Shown: positions 10,460-29,286, counted from the stretch's first letter. The stretch: DNA of 64,000 nucleotides from an uncultured Candidatus Binatia bacterium (GCA_965213675.1 OZ243916.1:3296001-3360000), one strand, 5' to 3'. A program made the numbers and translations. The notes: generated by a model from the sequence alone, not told the origin.

Positions 10460-10894
10460 ATGAGCACCGTTCAGATGACAAAGGCCGAGTCTCTGGCCCA
10501 GCGTCGTTGGTACGTCGTCGACGCGGAGGGCCAGGTGCTCGGCAGGATGGCTTGTGAGATCGCCAGGGTTCTCCGTGGCAAGCACAAACCATCCTTCAGT
10601 CCCCACGCGGATGGGGGGGACTTCGTCATCGTGGTGAACGCGAAGCGCGTCAAGGTTACCGGGGCCAAGGAGACGGACAAGCGCTACTACCGGCACAGCG
10701 GTTATCCCGGCGGACTCCGGGTCAGGACGCTGTCGGAGATGCGGGAGAAGAAACCCGAAGCGGTGGTGCGCTTGGCCGTGAAGGGCATGCTTCCCAGGAA
10801 CCGGCTCGGAAAAGGGCAACTCGGCAAGCTGAAGGTGTACTCGGGCCCGGAACATCCGCATCAGGCGCAGTTGCCGATGCCTTTGACCATTTGA
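10460..10894 (+). CDS. rplM: 50S ribosomal protein L13
   Basis: WYVVDA..LGR..LRGKHKP, HSGYPGG. Confidence 0.97.
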   Translation: MSTVQMTKAESLAQRRWYVVDAEGQVLGRMACEIARVLRGKHKPSFSPHADGGDFVIVVNAKRVKVTGAKETDKRYYRHSGYPGGLRVRTLSEMREKKPEAVVRLAVKGMLPRNRLGKGQLGKLKVYSGPEHPHQAQLPMPLTI

Positions 10895-10908
10895 CAGGTT
10901 CAGCACTC

Positions 10909-11301
10909 ATGGCGGAAGATCTGTTTTACGCGACGGGCCGACGCAAGACCTCGGTCGCACGGGTTTACCTGAAGCGGGGGCAGGGCGCCATTCGCATCAA
11001 CAACCGGTTGCTCGAGGATTACTTCGGGCGCGAGACCGCGCGGATGATTGTGCACCAGCCCTTTCATGTGACCCGGACGCTGGGAGACTTCGACATCGTC
11101 GTCAACGTCAAGGGCGGTGGAAGCTCGGGCCAGGCCGGCGCCATCCGGCATGGCATCACCCGGGCGTTGATGCAGGTGGACGAGGCATACCGGACTCCGT
11201 TGAAGAAGGCCGGCTACGTGACGCGTGACCCCCGCGCCGTCGAGCGGAAGAAATACGGCAGGCACAAGGCGCGCAAGCGGCCGCAGTTCTCCAAGCGCTG
11301 A
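10909..11301 (+). CDS. rpsI: 30S ribosomal protein S9
   Basis: [23 protein letters not shown]. Confidence 0.97.
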   Translation: MAEDLFYATGRRKTSVARVYLKRGQGAIRINNRLLEDYFGRETARMIVHQPFHVTRTLGDFDIVVNVKGGGSSGQAGAIRHGITRALMQVDEAYRTPLKKAGYVTRDPRAVERKKYGRHKARKRPQFSKR

Positions 11302-11306
11302 TCCGT

Positions 11307-12419
11307 CTACTCGGATCCAGCGTAGAGAAACAGGCCTGCGGCGCCCATCACCATGTTGGGCAACCAGGCCGCCACCCAGGGCTGAATCGCCCCCGCCCTT
11401 CCCAGAGAGACACAGAATCCCAAGAGGACCCAGTACGTGAAGCCGATGGCCACGCTGAATGCGAGGTTCACGGCGATGCCGTCCTTGCGCCCGGGTCGCA
11501 CGGCAATGGCCATGGCCATCAGGATGGTGATGGGGATTGCCAGTGGAACCGCCACCTTGGTGTGCAGGTTCACCGTATCACGCACGGTGTCGACTCCCTT
11601 TCTGCGCAGGTTCCGAATCCGTTCCTTCAACTCGGTGTAACTGAACTCGGTGGGCGAGCGTGCGAAGATGCGAAACTCGTCGGGCCGTTCCGTCAGGGGC
11701 AGCTTGCCACCGAGAGAATGCCTCTCAACGGTACCGTCGTCGAGGAACCGCCACTCCGCCCCTCCCTCCGGGACCCACCGGCTCCCATCCCATAACGCCG
11801 CGGGGGATTCGATCAGTCCCGCGAGGGTGAACCGCGGCGTCGTCCGGTAGATGGACAATCCGCGCAGCCTCCCCGCCTCCGTGTCGAAGTCGTCGGCCCG
11901 TATGAAGGCGTTGCCGCTGCGGAGCCAGATCTGCTTGTCGTGGAACACCGACCGGGGCTGGGCTTGCCGCACCTGCACGTCGTAGACGAACTTGGCCTGG
12001 CGGGTGGCCAGCGGCACCGCGCTCTCGTTCCAGACGAACGTTGCGGCGCTGATGGCCAGGCTGGCCAGGACCAGAGGAACGGCGATCCGGCGCAGGCTGA
12101 CGCCGCATGCTCCCATGGCGGTCAGTTCGTTCTGGCGCGCCAGTGCGCCCAGGCTCAGGAAGGCCGCGAACAGCACGGCGAAGCCGATGCTCCGGGATAT
12201 CAGCAGGGGCAGCCGGTAGAGGAAGAACTGAACGGCGTTGGACAAGGTCGCGCCGTCACCCATGAGGTTGTCGACGCGCCCGAACACGTCACTCATCAGA
12301 TGCAACAGTACGACCACGAGCAACGTCGCGCAGAATGCGCCCGTGAATCTGCGCAGCAGATAGATGTCGAGTGCGCTCCCGAGCGCTGGAGCCGACAGGC
12401 GGCGCGTGATGAAAATCAT
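11307..12419 (-). CDS. lptG: LPS export ABC transporter permease LptG
   Basis: YjgP/YjgQ architecture, NELTAMGACGVSL, AAWLPN; downstream of its paralogue. Confidence 0.85.
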   Translation of the reverse strand: MIFITRRLSAPALGSALDIYLLRRFTGAFCATLLVVVLLHLMSDVFGRVDNLMGDGATLSNAVQFFLYRLPLLISRSIGFAVLFAAFLSLGALARQNELTAMGACGVSLRRIAVPLVLASLAISAATFVWNESAVPLATRQAKFVYDVQVRQAQPRSVFHDKQIWLRSGNAFIRADDFDTEAGRLRGLSIYRTTPRFTLAGLIESPAALWDGSRWVPEGGAEWRFLDDGTVERHSLGGKLPLTERPDEFRIFARSPTEFSYTELKERIRNLRRKGVDTVRDTVNLHTKVAVPLAIPITILMAMAIAVRPGRKDGIAVNLAFSVAIGFTYWVLLGFCVSLGRAGAIQPWVAAWLPNMVMGAAGLFLYAGSE

Positions 12420-12436
12420 GGGATTCTGCGTTCTAG

Positions 12437-12591
12437 GAGCCTGTCGGGTTTATCGAATCGTAGCGAGAGGTAGAGAAAGGCCAGTTTCGGGTGGATTTGA
12501 GGAGAATATTGGTAACATTGGACGAAAATCCAACCGGAAATGGACCCATTTCGCTGCCTCGCAGTAGATTCTTGATAAACCCGACAGGCTC
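12437..12591. mobile_element. MITE-like element, family A, copy 2 (155 bp, inverted relative to copy 1)
   Basis: Perfect 18-bp TIR GAGCCTGTCGGGTTTATC; differs from copy 1 by about 5 substitutions and a 4-bp indel; preceded by CTAG. Confidence 0.85.
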
Positions 12592-12592
12592 A

Positions 12593-12755
12593 TGGTGTCG
12601 TGTCCCGTAAATTACTGCGATAAGTCGCTGGTCTATTTCGCCGTTGGCTGCGTGGCTCTTCCTCGCGTGGCGCCCGCCACTGATCGTCATCGGGCCTTGC
12701 CGGCAACAAAGAATCCTGCGCAACTTATCGCACGAATTTACAGGACGCGACACTA
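12593..12755 (-). mobile_element. MITE/ERIC-like fold-back element, family B, copy 1 (163 bp)
   Basis: Imperfect ~33-bp terminal IR; core homologous to 34764-34926; terminal TAG is the lptF stop. Confidence 0.8.
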
Positions 12756-13940
12756 TGAGTTCCTGCGCCGGGCCGCCACGCCCTGACTCTCCCCGCGAAG
12801 CCCGGCCGCCGTGCCGACGTTGAACGGCGACGGCGAATCCATCAGTGTTCGGATGAACAGCCAGACCGCAATGCCCCCCACCACGAGGTTGGGAAGCCAC
12901 AACGCCAGCGCGGCCGGAATCTTCCCATTTTCCCCCAGGGCGGCGCCCACGGCGAACAGAGCGTAGTAGGCGAACAGCCAAGTGATGCACGCCGCTACGC
13001 CGTGGAAACGCCCGGCGGGCGAACGGCTGGGCGCGAGCACAATGGCAAGACCCAGGACGGCGAAGATCAGCGGCGCGAACGGGAAGGCGAAGCGCCGGTG
13101 CAGTTCCATCACTTCGGGAATGGCGCCGGTGTCCAGCGCCGACTTCGCGCGGATCGCTTCACGAAGGCTCCGCATGGACATCTCCTCGGGTTTCCCGGAT
13201 TCGTCGTCCAGCGCCGGCAAGTGATCGAGTTCCAGATTCAGGTTGTAGACATTGAACGAGGTCTGGCTGAAGTGCGACCGGTCATGCCGCCGTTCATGGA
13301 CCATGCCGTCGTACAGCCGCAGGCCGATGGAGTTGGCGGCGTTGTTGGAATGTAGCAGCGCCACCCGTCCGATGATAAGATGCTCCGCGTCCGGATCCCT
13401 TTGATCGACGATCAGGATACCCTGGAAGGTATGGCCTGGAGGTACAATCCGGTCGACGTAGATCAGCACGTTGGGGACGAGGTCGTTGAACACCTTCTCT
13501 CTGAGCAGGGACCCGGCGCGGTTCCTGGCCACGGCGTAAAGCTCGTTCTTGACGGCGAGGTTGGCGGCCGGGCGGACGACGACGGACAATCCGAGGGTGA
13601 GCAGGGAAACGATGAAGCCCAGCAGCAGAACGGGCGCCAGGAAGTGAACCGGCCCGACGCCGCATGCCTTGAACGCCAGGGTTTCGTTGTCGCGCGCAAG
13701 CCGGCCGCAACCGTACAGTACCCCCAGGAGGAAGGCCATGGGCATCGTCGTTTCCAGCAGCGTCGGCAGGATCAGCGCGAACAGCTTCGCGATCTGCTCC
13801 GGGGCCGCGCCGCGGCTGACCACCAGCTCGATGAGCCGGGTGATACGACCGGCAAGGAAAATGAGCGTAAAGGCGAGGAGGCCGACCAGGAAGGGCGGGA
13901 TGATCTGACCGGTCACATAGGCGCTCAGGGTCCGATGCAC
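12753..13940 (-). CDS. lptF: LPS export ABC transporter permease LptF
   Basis: GRLARDNETLAFKACGV, ELHRRFAFPF, LWLPN; GTG start at 13940 inferred. Confidence 0.85.
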   Translation of the reverse strand: MHRTLSAYVTGQIIPPFLVGLLAFTLIFLAGRITRLIELVVSRGAAPEQIAKLFALILPTLLETTMPMAFLLGVLYGCGRLARDNETLAFKACGVGPVHFLAPVLLLGFIVSLLTLGLSVVVRPAANLAVKNELYAVARNRAGSLLREKVFNDLVPNVLIYVDRIVPPGHTFQGILIVDQRDPDAEHLIIGRVALLHSNNAANSIGLRLYDGMVHERRHDRSHFSQTSFNVYNLNLELDHLPALDDESGKPEEMSMRSLREAIRAKSALDTGAIPEVMELHRRFAFPFAPLIFAVLGLAIVLAPSRSPAGRFHGVAACITWLFAYYALFAVGAALGENGKIPAALALWLPNLVVGGIAVWLFIRTLMDSPSPFNVGTAAGLRGESQGVAARRRNS

Positions 13941-13963
13941 AGGGGCAATGGTAGCTTTCTTTG

Positions 13964-14788
13964 ATGAATTCCACAACGCGGAATCCGCCGGACGGTGAGC
14001 CACCGGACCGGGCGCTCATCTACGGGATCCATCCGGTTCTGGAGAAGCTTCGAGCGGCCCCGGGCGACATCCTCGAAGTCCTCATGGTCGCGGGCCGCCG
14101 TGGTCCCGCGTTGCGGCGCGTGGAGCAGGCGGTTCGCCGGGAAGGCTGCCGTGTGAACGAGATGGAGGGACGGGCGCTGGACGCCCTGACCGGCGGCGGC
14201 CGGCACCAGGGTGTCGCCGTCCGTGCCGCCCCGTTCGCCTACGGGAACTTCAACGACCTGGTGTCCGCCCCGGCGGACACCACCGCGGACTGCGTCCTCT
14301 TCCTCGACGGCGTCGTCGATCCGCGCAACCTGGGGAGCATCCTCCGCACGGCCGAGGCGGCCGGGGTGCGCCGTGTCGTCCTGCCCAAGGACCGCGCCGC
14401 GGCGGTCACCGGCGCCGTGATCAAGGTGTCGGCCGGCGCCGCGCATCATCTTGAAGTCTATCGCGTCCCCAACCTCTTGCGCGCGCTCGCCTCCCTGCGC
14501 GAGCGGGGCTTCTGGGTGGCGGGACTCGATGCGCGCGCCCGGACCCGCGTCTGGGAGCAGGATTATCCGGCGCGGCTGGCCGTGGTGCTGGGGGGTGAGG
14601 AGCGGGGCCTGAGGCCGCTGATCCGGCGCGGGTGCGACTACCTGGTCTCCATCCCCATGGATGGGCGGGTGGGATCGTTGAACGTGGGCGTGGCATGGGG
14701 TATGTTCGCCTACGAGGTCATGCGTCAACGAACCCGCGCAACCTCGCCGCAGTCTCGTGGACGCCAACCCCTTGAAGCGTCCCCATGA
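13964..14788 (+). CDS. rlmB: 23S rRNA Gm2251 2'-O-methyltransferase
   Basis: IYGIHPV, HQGV, LDGVVDPRNLGSILR, SLNVGVA (SpoU family). Confidence 0.9.
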   Translation: MNSTTRNPPDGEPPDRALIYGIHPVLEKLRAAPGDILEVLMVAGRRGPALRRVEQAVRREGCRVNEMEGRALDALTGGGRHQGVAVRAAPFAYGNFNDLVSAPADTTADCVLFLDGVVDPRNLGSILRTAEAAGVRRVVLPKDRAAAVTGAVIKVSAGAAHHLEVYRVPNLLRALASLRERGFWVAGLDARARTRVWEQDYPARLAVVLGGEERGLRPLIRRGCDYLVSIPMDGRVGSLNVGVAWGMFAYEVMRQRTRATSPQSRGRQPLEASP

Positions 14789-14798
14789 CGCATGCCCA

Positions 14799-14845
14799 TT
14801 GACAGCGAGCCCATTGACATTTTCCCCTCCAGGTGCTTTATATCT
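14799..14845 (+). promoter_or_regulatory. Promoter region of tRNA-tuf operon with two TTGACA boxes
   Basis: TTGACA at 14799 and 14814, followed by AT-rich TTTATATCT; -10 imperfect. Confidence 0.45.
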
Positions 14846-14960
14846 TTAAGGTGTCTCCCTACCCTGTTTTCCGAAAGAGGGGCAGGGCAGGTGTGGCTTT
14901 TTGGTAGGTGCGGCTTTTTCTTTCTTCGTTCTCGCGTGCGTGACGGTGACGGACGGTTCC

Positions 14961-15035
14961 GCTGGCGTAGCTCAACGGTAGAGCAGCTGATTTGTAATCA
15001 GCAGGTTGTAGGTTCAAATCCTATCGCCAGCTCCA
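14961..15035 (+). tRNA. tRNA-Thr(TGT)
   Basis: GCTGGCG..CGCCAGC-T-CCA; loop TTTGTAA. Confidence 0.95.
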
Positions 15036-15112
15036 AGCGAGCCATGTGAGCGAACTTGCTGAATCGAGCCTGCCGAGGTCTGGTCCGCGCGGTGTATTCC
15101 GGGGTGAAATGA

Positions 15113-15198
15113 GGAGAGGTTCCCGAGTGGACAAAGGGAGCAGACTGTAAATCTGCCGCCGATCGGCTTCGGAGGTTCGAATCCTCCCCTCTCCACCA
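15113..15198 (+). tRNA. tRNA-Tyr(GTA)
   Basis: GGAGAGG..CCTCTCC-A-CCA; loop CTGTAAA; long variable arm. Confidence 0.95.
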
Positions 15199-15266
15199 AC
15201 ATTTGCCACTGTCCTGTCTGGTTGACGGGACGCGAGTCTGGACTCCGGAGCGACGGAGTCGGTTGC

Positions 15267-15343
15267 GCGGGAATAGCTCAGTTGGCTAGAGCACGAGCCT
15301 TCCAAGCTCGGGGTCGCGGGTTCGAATCCCGTTTCCCGCTCCA
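15267..15343 (+). tRNA. tRNA-Gly(TCC)
   Basis: GCGGGAA..TTCCCGC-T-CCA; loop CTTCCAA. Confidence 0.95.
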
Positions 15344-15346
15344 TAT

Positions 15347-15419
15347 GCCCAGGTAGCTCAGTAGGTAGAGCACGTCCTTGGTAAGGACGAGGTCGGCGGT
15401 TCAAGCCCGCTCCTGGGCT
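15347..15419 (+). tRNA. tRNA-Thr(GGT), CCA not encoded
   Basis: GCCCAGG..CCTGGGC-T; loop TTGGTAA. Confidence 0.95.
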
Positions 15420-15472
15420 TTGCCTGTATACGAGAATTTGAAACAGAGATTGTGTTGCCACAGGAGGAGAAG

Positions 15473-16663
<1,191 letters not shown>

Positions 16664-16678
16664 CCGGAGGCTGGAACG

Positions 16679-16831
16679 ATGCGTGACTTGGTAGGACTCG
16701 CCTGTGACCGTTGCAAACGCAAGAACTACACGACCACCAAGAACAAGAAGCGAACCACGGACAAGCTCGAGTTCAAGAAGTTCTGCGGGAGTTGTCGCAG
16801 TCACACGATGCACAAGGAAATCCGGGTCTGA
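16679..16831 (+). CDS. rpmG: 50S ribosomal protein L33 (Zn-binding C+ form)
   Basis: Read manually: MRDLVGLACDRCKRKNYTTTKNKKRTTDKLEFKKFCGSCRSHTMHKEIRV. Confidence 0.95.
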   Translation: MRDLVGLACDRCKRKNYTTTKNKKRTTDKLEFKKFCGSCRSHTMHKEIRV

Positions 16832-16843
16832 ACCAACAGGATC

Positions 16844-16920
16844 GGGTCAGTAGCTCCAATTGGTAGAGCACCGGACTCCAAATCCGGCTGTTGCAGGTTC
16901 GAGTCCTGCCTGACCCGCCA
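16844..16920 (+). tRNA. tRNA-Trp(CCA)
   Basis: GGGTCAG..CTGACCC-G-CCA; loop CTCCAAA. Confidence 0.95.
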
Positions 16921-16934
16921 GTTCTTGGCTGCCG

Positions 16935-17147
16935 ATGGAAAAACTGACCGATTCGTTCGCCTCTGTAGGGAGGCTGACAGACTTCGTGCGCGAGGCTTGG
17001 CAGGAGCTGAAGCGGGTCCATTGGCCGACGCGGCGGGAGACCTACACTGCCACGGGCGTCGTTGTGCTGGTGGTGATTTTCTTCGCCATCTACTTGGGGC
17101 TGGTGGACTTCCTGCTCTCGTACATGCGGCAATGGCTGATGCGTTGA
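16935..17147 (+). CDS. secE: Preprotein translocase SecE
   Basis: ELKRVHWPTRRE plus a single TM helix. Confidence 0.92.
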   Translation: MEKLTDSFASVGRLTDFVREAWQELKRVHWPTRRETYTATGVVVLVVIFFAIYLGLVDFLLSYMRQWLMR

Positions 17148-17191
17148 GATCAGGCGCAGGGTAGAGACGGGAAGCCGGATAGCGATCGCCC

Positions 17192-17725
17192 ATGGCAAAA
17201 AACTGGTACGTCGTCCACACGTTCGCCGGGTTCGAGCAAAAGGCCAAGGCCGCCTTGGAAGAACGCATCAAGGCGCTCAGTGTCCACGAGGATTCCTTCG
17301 GCGACATCCTGGTCCCGGCCGAGAAGGTCGTCGAACTGGTGAAGGGCAAGAAGCGGACATCTTCCAGGAAGTTCTTTCCGGGATACATCCTGGTACACAT
17401 GGAAATGAACGACCAGACTTGGCACGTGGTCAAGTCCACGCCCAAGGTCACGGGGTTCGTCGGCGGTAGCACGGAGCCTCCCTGGGTCAGCGAGGAGGAG
17501 GTCCGGAAAATCACCCAGCAGATGGAGGAAGGGGCCGTGCGCCCGCGGCCGCGGGTGGTCTTCACCGTGGGCGAGAGCGTGAAGGTCATTGACGGGCCTT
17601 TCTCCGAGTTCAACGGCGTGGTCGAGGAAGTCAAGCCGGACAAGGGCAAGCTGCGGGTGCTGATCAGCATCTTCGGGCGGGCGACTCCGGTGGAGTTGGA
17701 TTTCATTCAGGTGGAGCGGAGCTAG
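17192..17725 (+). CDS. nusG: Transcription factor NusG
   Basis: WYVVHT, FFPGYILV, KOW, IFGRATPVEL. Confidence 0.98.
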   Translation: MAKNWYVVHTFAGFEQKAKAALEERIKALSVHEDSFGDILVPAEKVVELVKGKKRTSSRKFFPGYILVHMEMNDQTWHVVKSTPKVTGFVGGSTEPPWVSEEEVRKITQQMEEGAVRPRPRVVFTVGESVKVIDGPFSEFNGVVEEVKPDKGKLRVLISIFGRATPVELDFIQVERS

Positions 17726-17765
17726 CTGACGGGTTTCGCGCCGGCAGTCGTAAGGAGTTGTGGCC

Positions 17766-18188
17766 ATGGCCAAGAAGGTGATCGGCGAGATCAAGTTGCA
17801 AATTCCCGCCGGGCAGGCCAACCCGAGTCCCCCGGTGGGACCGGCGTTGGGCCAGCGGGGCGTGAACATCATGGAGTTCTGCAAGGCCTTCAACGCCGCC
17901 ACGCAGAATCAGCCCGGGATGATCATTCCGGTCATCATCACGGTTTACGCCGACCGCACCTTCAGCTTCATCACCAAGACGCCGCCGGCCGCCGTGTTGC
18001 TGAAGAAGGCCGCGGGCCTGGAGAAGGGAGCCGGAGAGCCCGGCAAGGAGACGAAGGGCGAAGTGACCATGGCGCAGGTGCGGGAGATTGCCGAGATGAA
18101 GATGCCCGATCTGACCAGCGCCAGCATCGAGGCCGCGATGAAGACCGTCGAGGGCACGGCCAGGAGTCTCGGGCTCAAGGTCGTGTGA
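17766..18188 (+). CDS. rplK: 50S ribosomal protein L11
   Basis: [13 protein letters not shown]. Confidence 0.98.
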   Translation: MAKKVIGEIKLQIPAGQANPSPPVGPALGQRGVNIMEFCKAFNAATQNQPGMIIPVIITVYADRTFSFITKTPPAAVLLKKAAGLEKGAGEPGKETKGEVTMAQVREIAEMKMPDLTSASIEAAMKTVEGTARSLGLKVV

Positions 18189-18205
18189 TCGGTCTGGGGA
18201 GCGTC

Positions 18206-18910
18206 ATGAAAGCGAAGGGCAAGAAATACAAGGGCGCCGCCGACAAGGTGGACCACGCGCGCAAGTATGCGCTGGACGAGGGGATCCGGGTCGTCAAGGA
18301 GACCGCCACCGCGAAATTCGACGAGACGGTGGAGTTGTCCGTGCGGCTCGGGGTCGATCCGCGGCGCGCCGACCAGAACATTCGCGGCGCCGTGGGACTG
18401 CCCCACGGGCTCGGCAAGCCGGTGCGCGTGCTGGCCTTCGCCAGGGGCGAGAAGGAACGGGAAGCGCAGGAGGCGGGCGCCGAGTTTGTCGGCAACGATG
18501 ACCTGATCAAGAAGATCACCGAGGGGTGGCTGGACTTCGACAAGGTCGTGGCCACGCCCGACATGATGGGCTCGGTGGGCCGCATCGGCAAGATTCTGGG
18601 GCCGCGCGGACTCATGCCCAATCCGCGCTCGGGCACCGTCGCCATGGAGATCGGCAAGGCGGTGACGGAGATCAAGGCCGGCCGTCTCGAATACCGGGTG
18701 GACAAGGCGGGCATCGTCCATCTGCCCATCGGCAAGGTATCGTTCGAAGCCGAAGCGCTGCTGGACAATGCCAGGGCTGTCGTGGGGGCGCTGGTCCGGG
18801 CCAAGCCCGCGGCGGCCAAGGGCACCTACATCAAGAGCGTGGCCGTGGCCGCGACCATGGGACCGGGGGTCAAGATCGACCCCACGGAAGTTCGCACCAT
18901 GGCGGTCTGA
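18206..18910 (+). CDS. rplA: 50S ribosomal protein L1
   Basis: [18 protein letters not shown]. Confidence 0.98.
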   Translation: MKAKGKKYKGAADKVDHARKYALDEGIRVVKETATAKFDETVELSVRLGVDPRRADQNIRGAVGLPHGLGKPVRVLAFARGEKEREAQEAGAEFVGNDDLIKKITEGWLDFDKVVATPDMMGSVGRIGKILGPRGLMPNPRSGTVAMEIGKAVTEIKAGRLEYRVDKAGIVHLPIGKVSFEAEALLDNARAVVGALVRAKPAAAKGTYIKSVAVAATMGPGVKIDPTEVRTMAV

Positions 18911-18929
18911 CCGGCGATTGGAGAACAGC

Positions 18930-19445
18930 GTGGCTCGAGAGGAAAAAACGGCAGTCGTCGGGGCGTTTCAGGAAAAGTTCAGGAACGCCACCATGGCGGT
19001 GGTGACCGACTATCGCGGGTTGTCGGTGGGCAAGATGACGCAGCTCCGCAGAGGCGTCCGGGAGGCGGCGGGAGAGTACAAGGTCGCCAAGAACAACCTG
19101 GTGCGGCTGGCGATCCGGGACACGGCATACCAGGCACTCGAGGATCTCCTGACCGGTCCCAACGGCTGGGTGTTCGCCTACGACGATCCGGTGAACCTGT
19201 CGAAGGCATTGGTCAAGTTCGCCGAGGGCAATGAAGCGCTGACCATCAAGGGCGCGGTCCTCGATGGGGCCTGGCTCGAGCCGGCGCAGATCAAGAGTCT
19301 GGCCACGCTGCCGAGCCTGCCGGAGTTGCAGGCGCAGTTGCTCTCGCTGATTCAGGCGCCGGCGAGCCGGCTGTTGCGCACGATCCAGGAGCCGGGAAGC
19401 CAACTGGTCCGTCTTCTCGACGCGCTCAAGGAGAGGCAGGAGTAG
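18930..19445 (+). CDS. rplJ: 50S ribosomal protein L10
   Basis: DYRGLSV, VAKNNL, LATLPS; GTG start after GGAG. Confidence 0.95.
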   Translation: MAREEKTAVVGAFQEKFRNATMAVVTDYRGLSVGKMTQLRRGVREAAGEYKVAKNNLVRLAIRDTAYQALEDLLTGPNGWVFAYDDPVNLSKALVKFAEGNEALTIKGAVLDGAWLEPAQIKSLATLPSLPELQAQLLSLIQAPASRLLRTIQEPGSQLVRLLDALKERQE

Positions 19446-19535
19446 GAGTCTGTCGGATCGGCGGGCCGGCACGACGGCGGCAACGGGGTTTCCAGGAAAA
19501 CCGTAGACAATGACAGTAGAAGGGGGAGCGCACCA

Positions 19536-19907
19536 ATGGAAGTGAATCGGGAGCAAGTCAAGGACTTCATCAAGAACATGTCTTTGATGGAGGCCGCGAA
19601 TCTGGTCAAGGAGTTGGAGGAGGAACTCGGGGTGAGCGCGGCGGCTCCCGTGGCCATGGCCGCGGCGCCGGCGGCGGCCGCGGAAGTCGAGGAGAAGACC
19701 GAGTTCGACGCGGTGTTGACCGGTTCCGGTGAGAAGAAGATCCAGGTCATCAAGGTGGTCCGGGAAATCACCAGCCTCGGACTCAAGGAAGCCAAGGACC
19801 TCGTGGACGGGGCGCCCAAGAACGTCAAGGAAGGCGTGTCCAAGGACGAGGCCGAGGAAATCAAGAAGAAGATCGAGGAGGTCGGAGGCAGCGTCGAGAT
19901 AAAGTAG
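19536..19907 (+). CDS. rplL: 50S ribosomal protein L7/L12
   Basis: [29 protein letters not shown]. Confidence 0.98.
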   Translation: MEVNREQVKDFIKNMSLMEAANLVKELEEELGVSAAAPVAMAAAPAAAAEVEEKTEFDAVLTGSGEKKIQVIKVVREITSLGLKEAKDLVDGAPKNVKEGVSKDEAEEIKKKIEEVGGSVEIK

Positions 19908-20057
19908 GGGCGGCCAGCGGTCGCCCATCCGGCGGGGTTGGGGCGACCATGGTCGCCTTTGTCCGGCAGGGGCCGAGTCGCGGCCCCCTTGGTCCTGCGG
20001 GGTTTGGGGGCGATTCGCGGGCACCTTGGGCAGAGTAGGGGCGGCTGGCGGTCGCCC
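19904..20057 (+). repeat. Direct array of ~5 GTAG-type REP-like palindromes between rplL and rpoB
   Basis: Units start at 19904, 19937, 19966, 20002, 20035; best copies GTAGGGGCGGCCAGCGGTCGCCC and GTAGGGGCGGCTGGCGGTCGCCC. Confidence 0.7.
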
Positions 20058-20110
20058 TGTACGGCGGCAAGCGCCGGGCGTCAGGTTCAGGATCGAACGA
20101 AGGGGGTGCC

Positions 20111-24205
<4,095 letters not shown>

Positions 24206-24214
24206 GGAGGCGTC

Positions 24215-28342
<4,128 letters not shown>

Positions 28343-28345
28343 TAG

Positions 28346-28375
28346 TTGACAAATTGCGGAAGTTCCGATAAAAAT
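28346..28375 (+). promoter_or_regulatory. Putative str operon promoter
   Basis: TTGACA-N17-TAAAAA(T) directly after the rpoC stop. Confidence 0.55.
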
Positions 28376-28416
28376 GGCGGTTTGTTGAATTGACGGAACC
28401 GCCACGGGAAACGTGT

Positions 28417-28788
28417 ATGCCTACGATCAATCAGTTGGTGCGCAAGGGGCGCGAGATTCAGAGAAAGAAGAATACAGCGCCGGCGCTGCAGGGTTGCCCG
28501 CAGAAGCGGGGCGTGTGTACACGCGTGTACACTTCGACACCCAAGAAGCCCAACTCGGCGCTGCGCAAGGTCGCGCGCGTGCGCTTGACCAATGGCACCG
28601 AGGTGACCTCCTACATTCCGGGCATGGGGCACAACCTTCAGGAGCACTCCGTGGTGCTGATCCGGGGCGGCCGGGTGAAGGACCTTCCGGGTGTGCGTTA
28701 CCACATCATCCGCGGCGCGCTGGACTCCATCGGCGTTCAGGAACGCCGTCAGGGCCGCTCCAAATACGGAGCCAAGAGGCCGAAGTAG
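28417..28788 (+). CDS. rpsL: 30S ribosomal protein S12
   Basis: [24 protein letters not shown]. Confidence 0.99.
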   Translation: MPTINQLVRKGREIQRKKNTAPALQGCPQKRGVCTRVYTSTPKKPNSALRKVARVRLTNGTEVTSYIPGMGHNLQEHSVVLIRGGRVKDLPGVRYHIIRGALDSIGVQERRQGRSKYGAKRPK

Positions 28789-28791
28789 GAC

Positions 28792-29262
28792 ATGCCGCGC
28801 AAGGGTGAAATAAAGCGAAGAGAGCTGCTGCCCGATCCCAAGTACGGGGACAAGCTCGTCACCAGGTTCATCAACAACATGATGAACCGTGGCAAGAAGA
28901 GCACCGCCGAGAGCATCCTGTACCGTTCGCTGGACATTATCGCGGACAAGGCCAAGACCGAGCCGCTGGGAGTGTTCAAGCGGGCCGTGGACAATACCAA
29001 ACCGATGGTGGAAGTCCGGTCCCGGCGGGTGGGCGGCGCAACCTACCAGGTTCCGGTGGAAGTGCGTCCGGACCGGCGGCTGTCCCTCAGCCTGCGCTGG
29101 CTCATCGGCTCCGCCAGGTCCAGGAGCGAAAAGTCCATGGACGAGAAGCTCGCCGCGGAGTTGATGGACGCAGCCAACCAGCGTGGGAACGCCGTCAAGA
29201 AGAAGGAAGACACGCACAGGATGGCGGAGGCGAACCGCGCCTTTGCCCATTACCGCTGGTAG
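28792..29262 (+). CDS. rpsG: 30S ribosomal protein S7
   Basis: [24 protein letters not shown]. Confidence 0.99.
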   Translation: MPRKGEIKRRELLPDPKYGDKLVTRFINNMMNRGKKSTAESILYRSLDIIADKAKTEPLGVFKRAVDNTKPMVEVRSRRVGGATYQVPVEVRPDRRLSLSLRWLIGSARSRSEKSMDEKLAAELMDAANQRGNAVKKKEDTHRMAEANRAFAHYRW

Positions 29263-29286
29263 CCACCAGAACAAACATCATCCACT

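Noticed and set aside
15069-15081. CCTGCCGAGGTCT, resembling the 3' half of the L10 leader
   Set aside because: The 5' partner strand is absent and it lies in a tRNA spacer; likely chance.
19904-20057. Possible mini-CRISPR array
   Set aside because: Units are degenerate, spacers are only ~8-14 bp, and there is no leader or cas gene; it fits REP-like repeats better.
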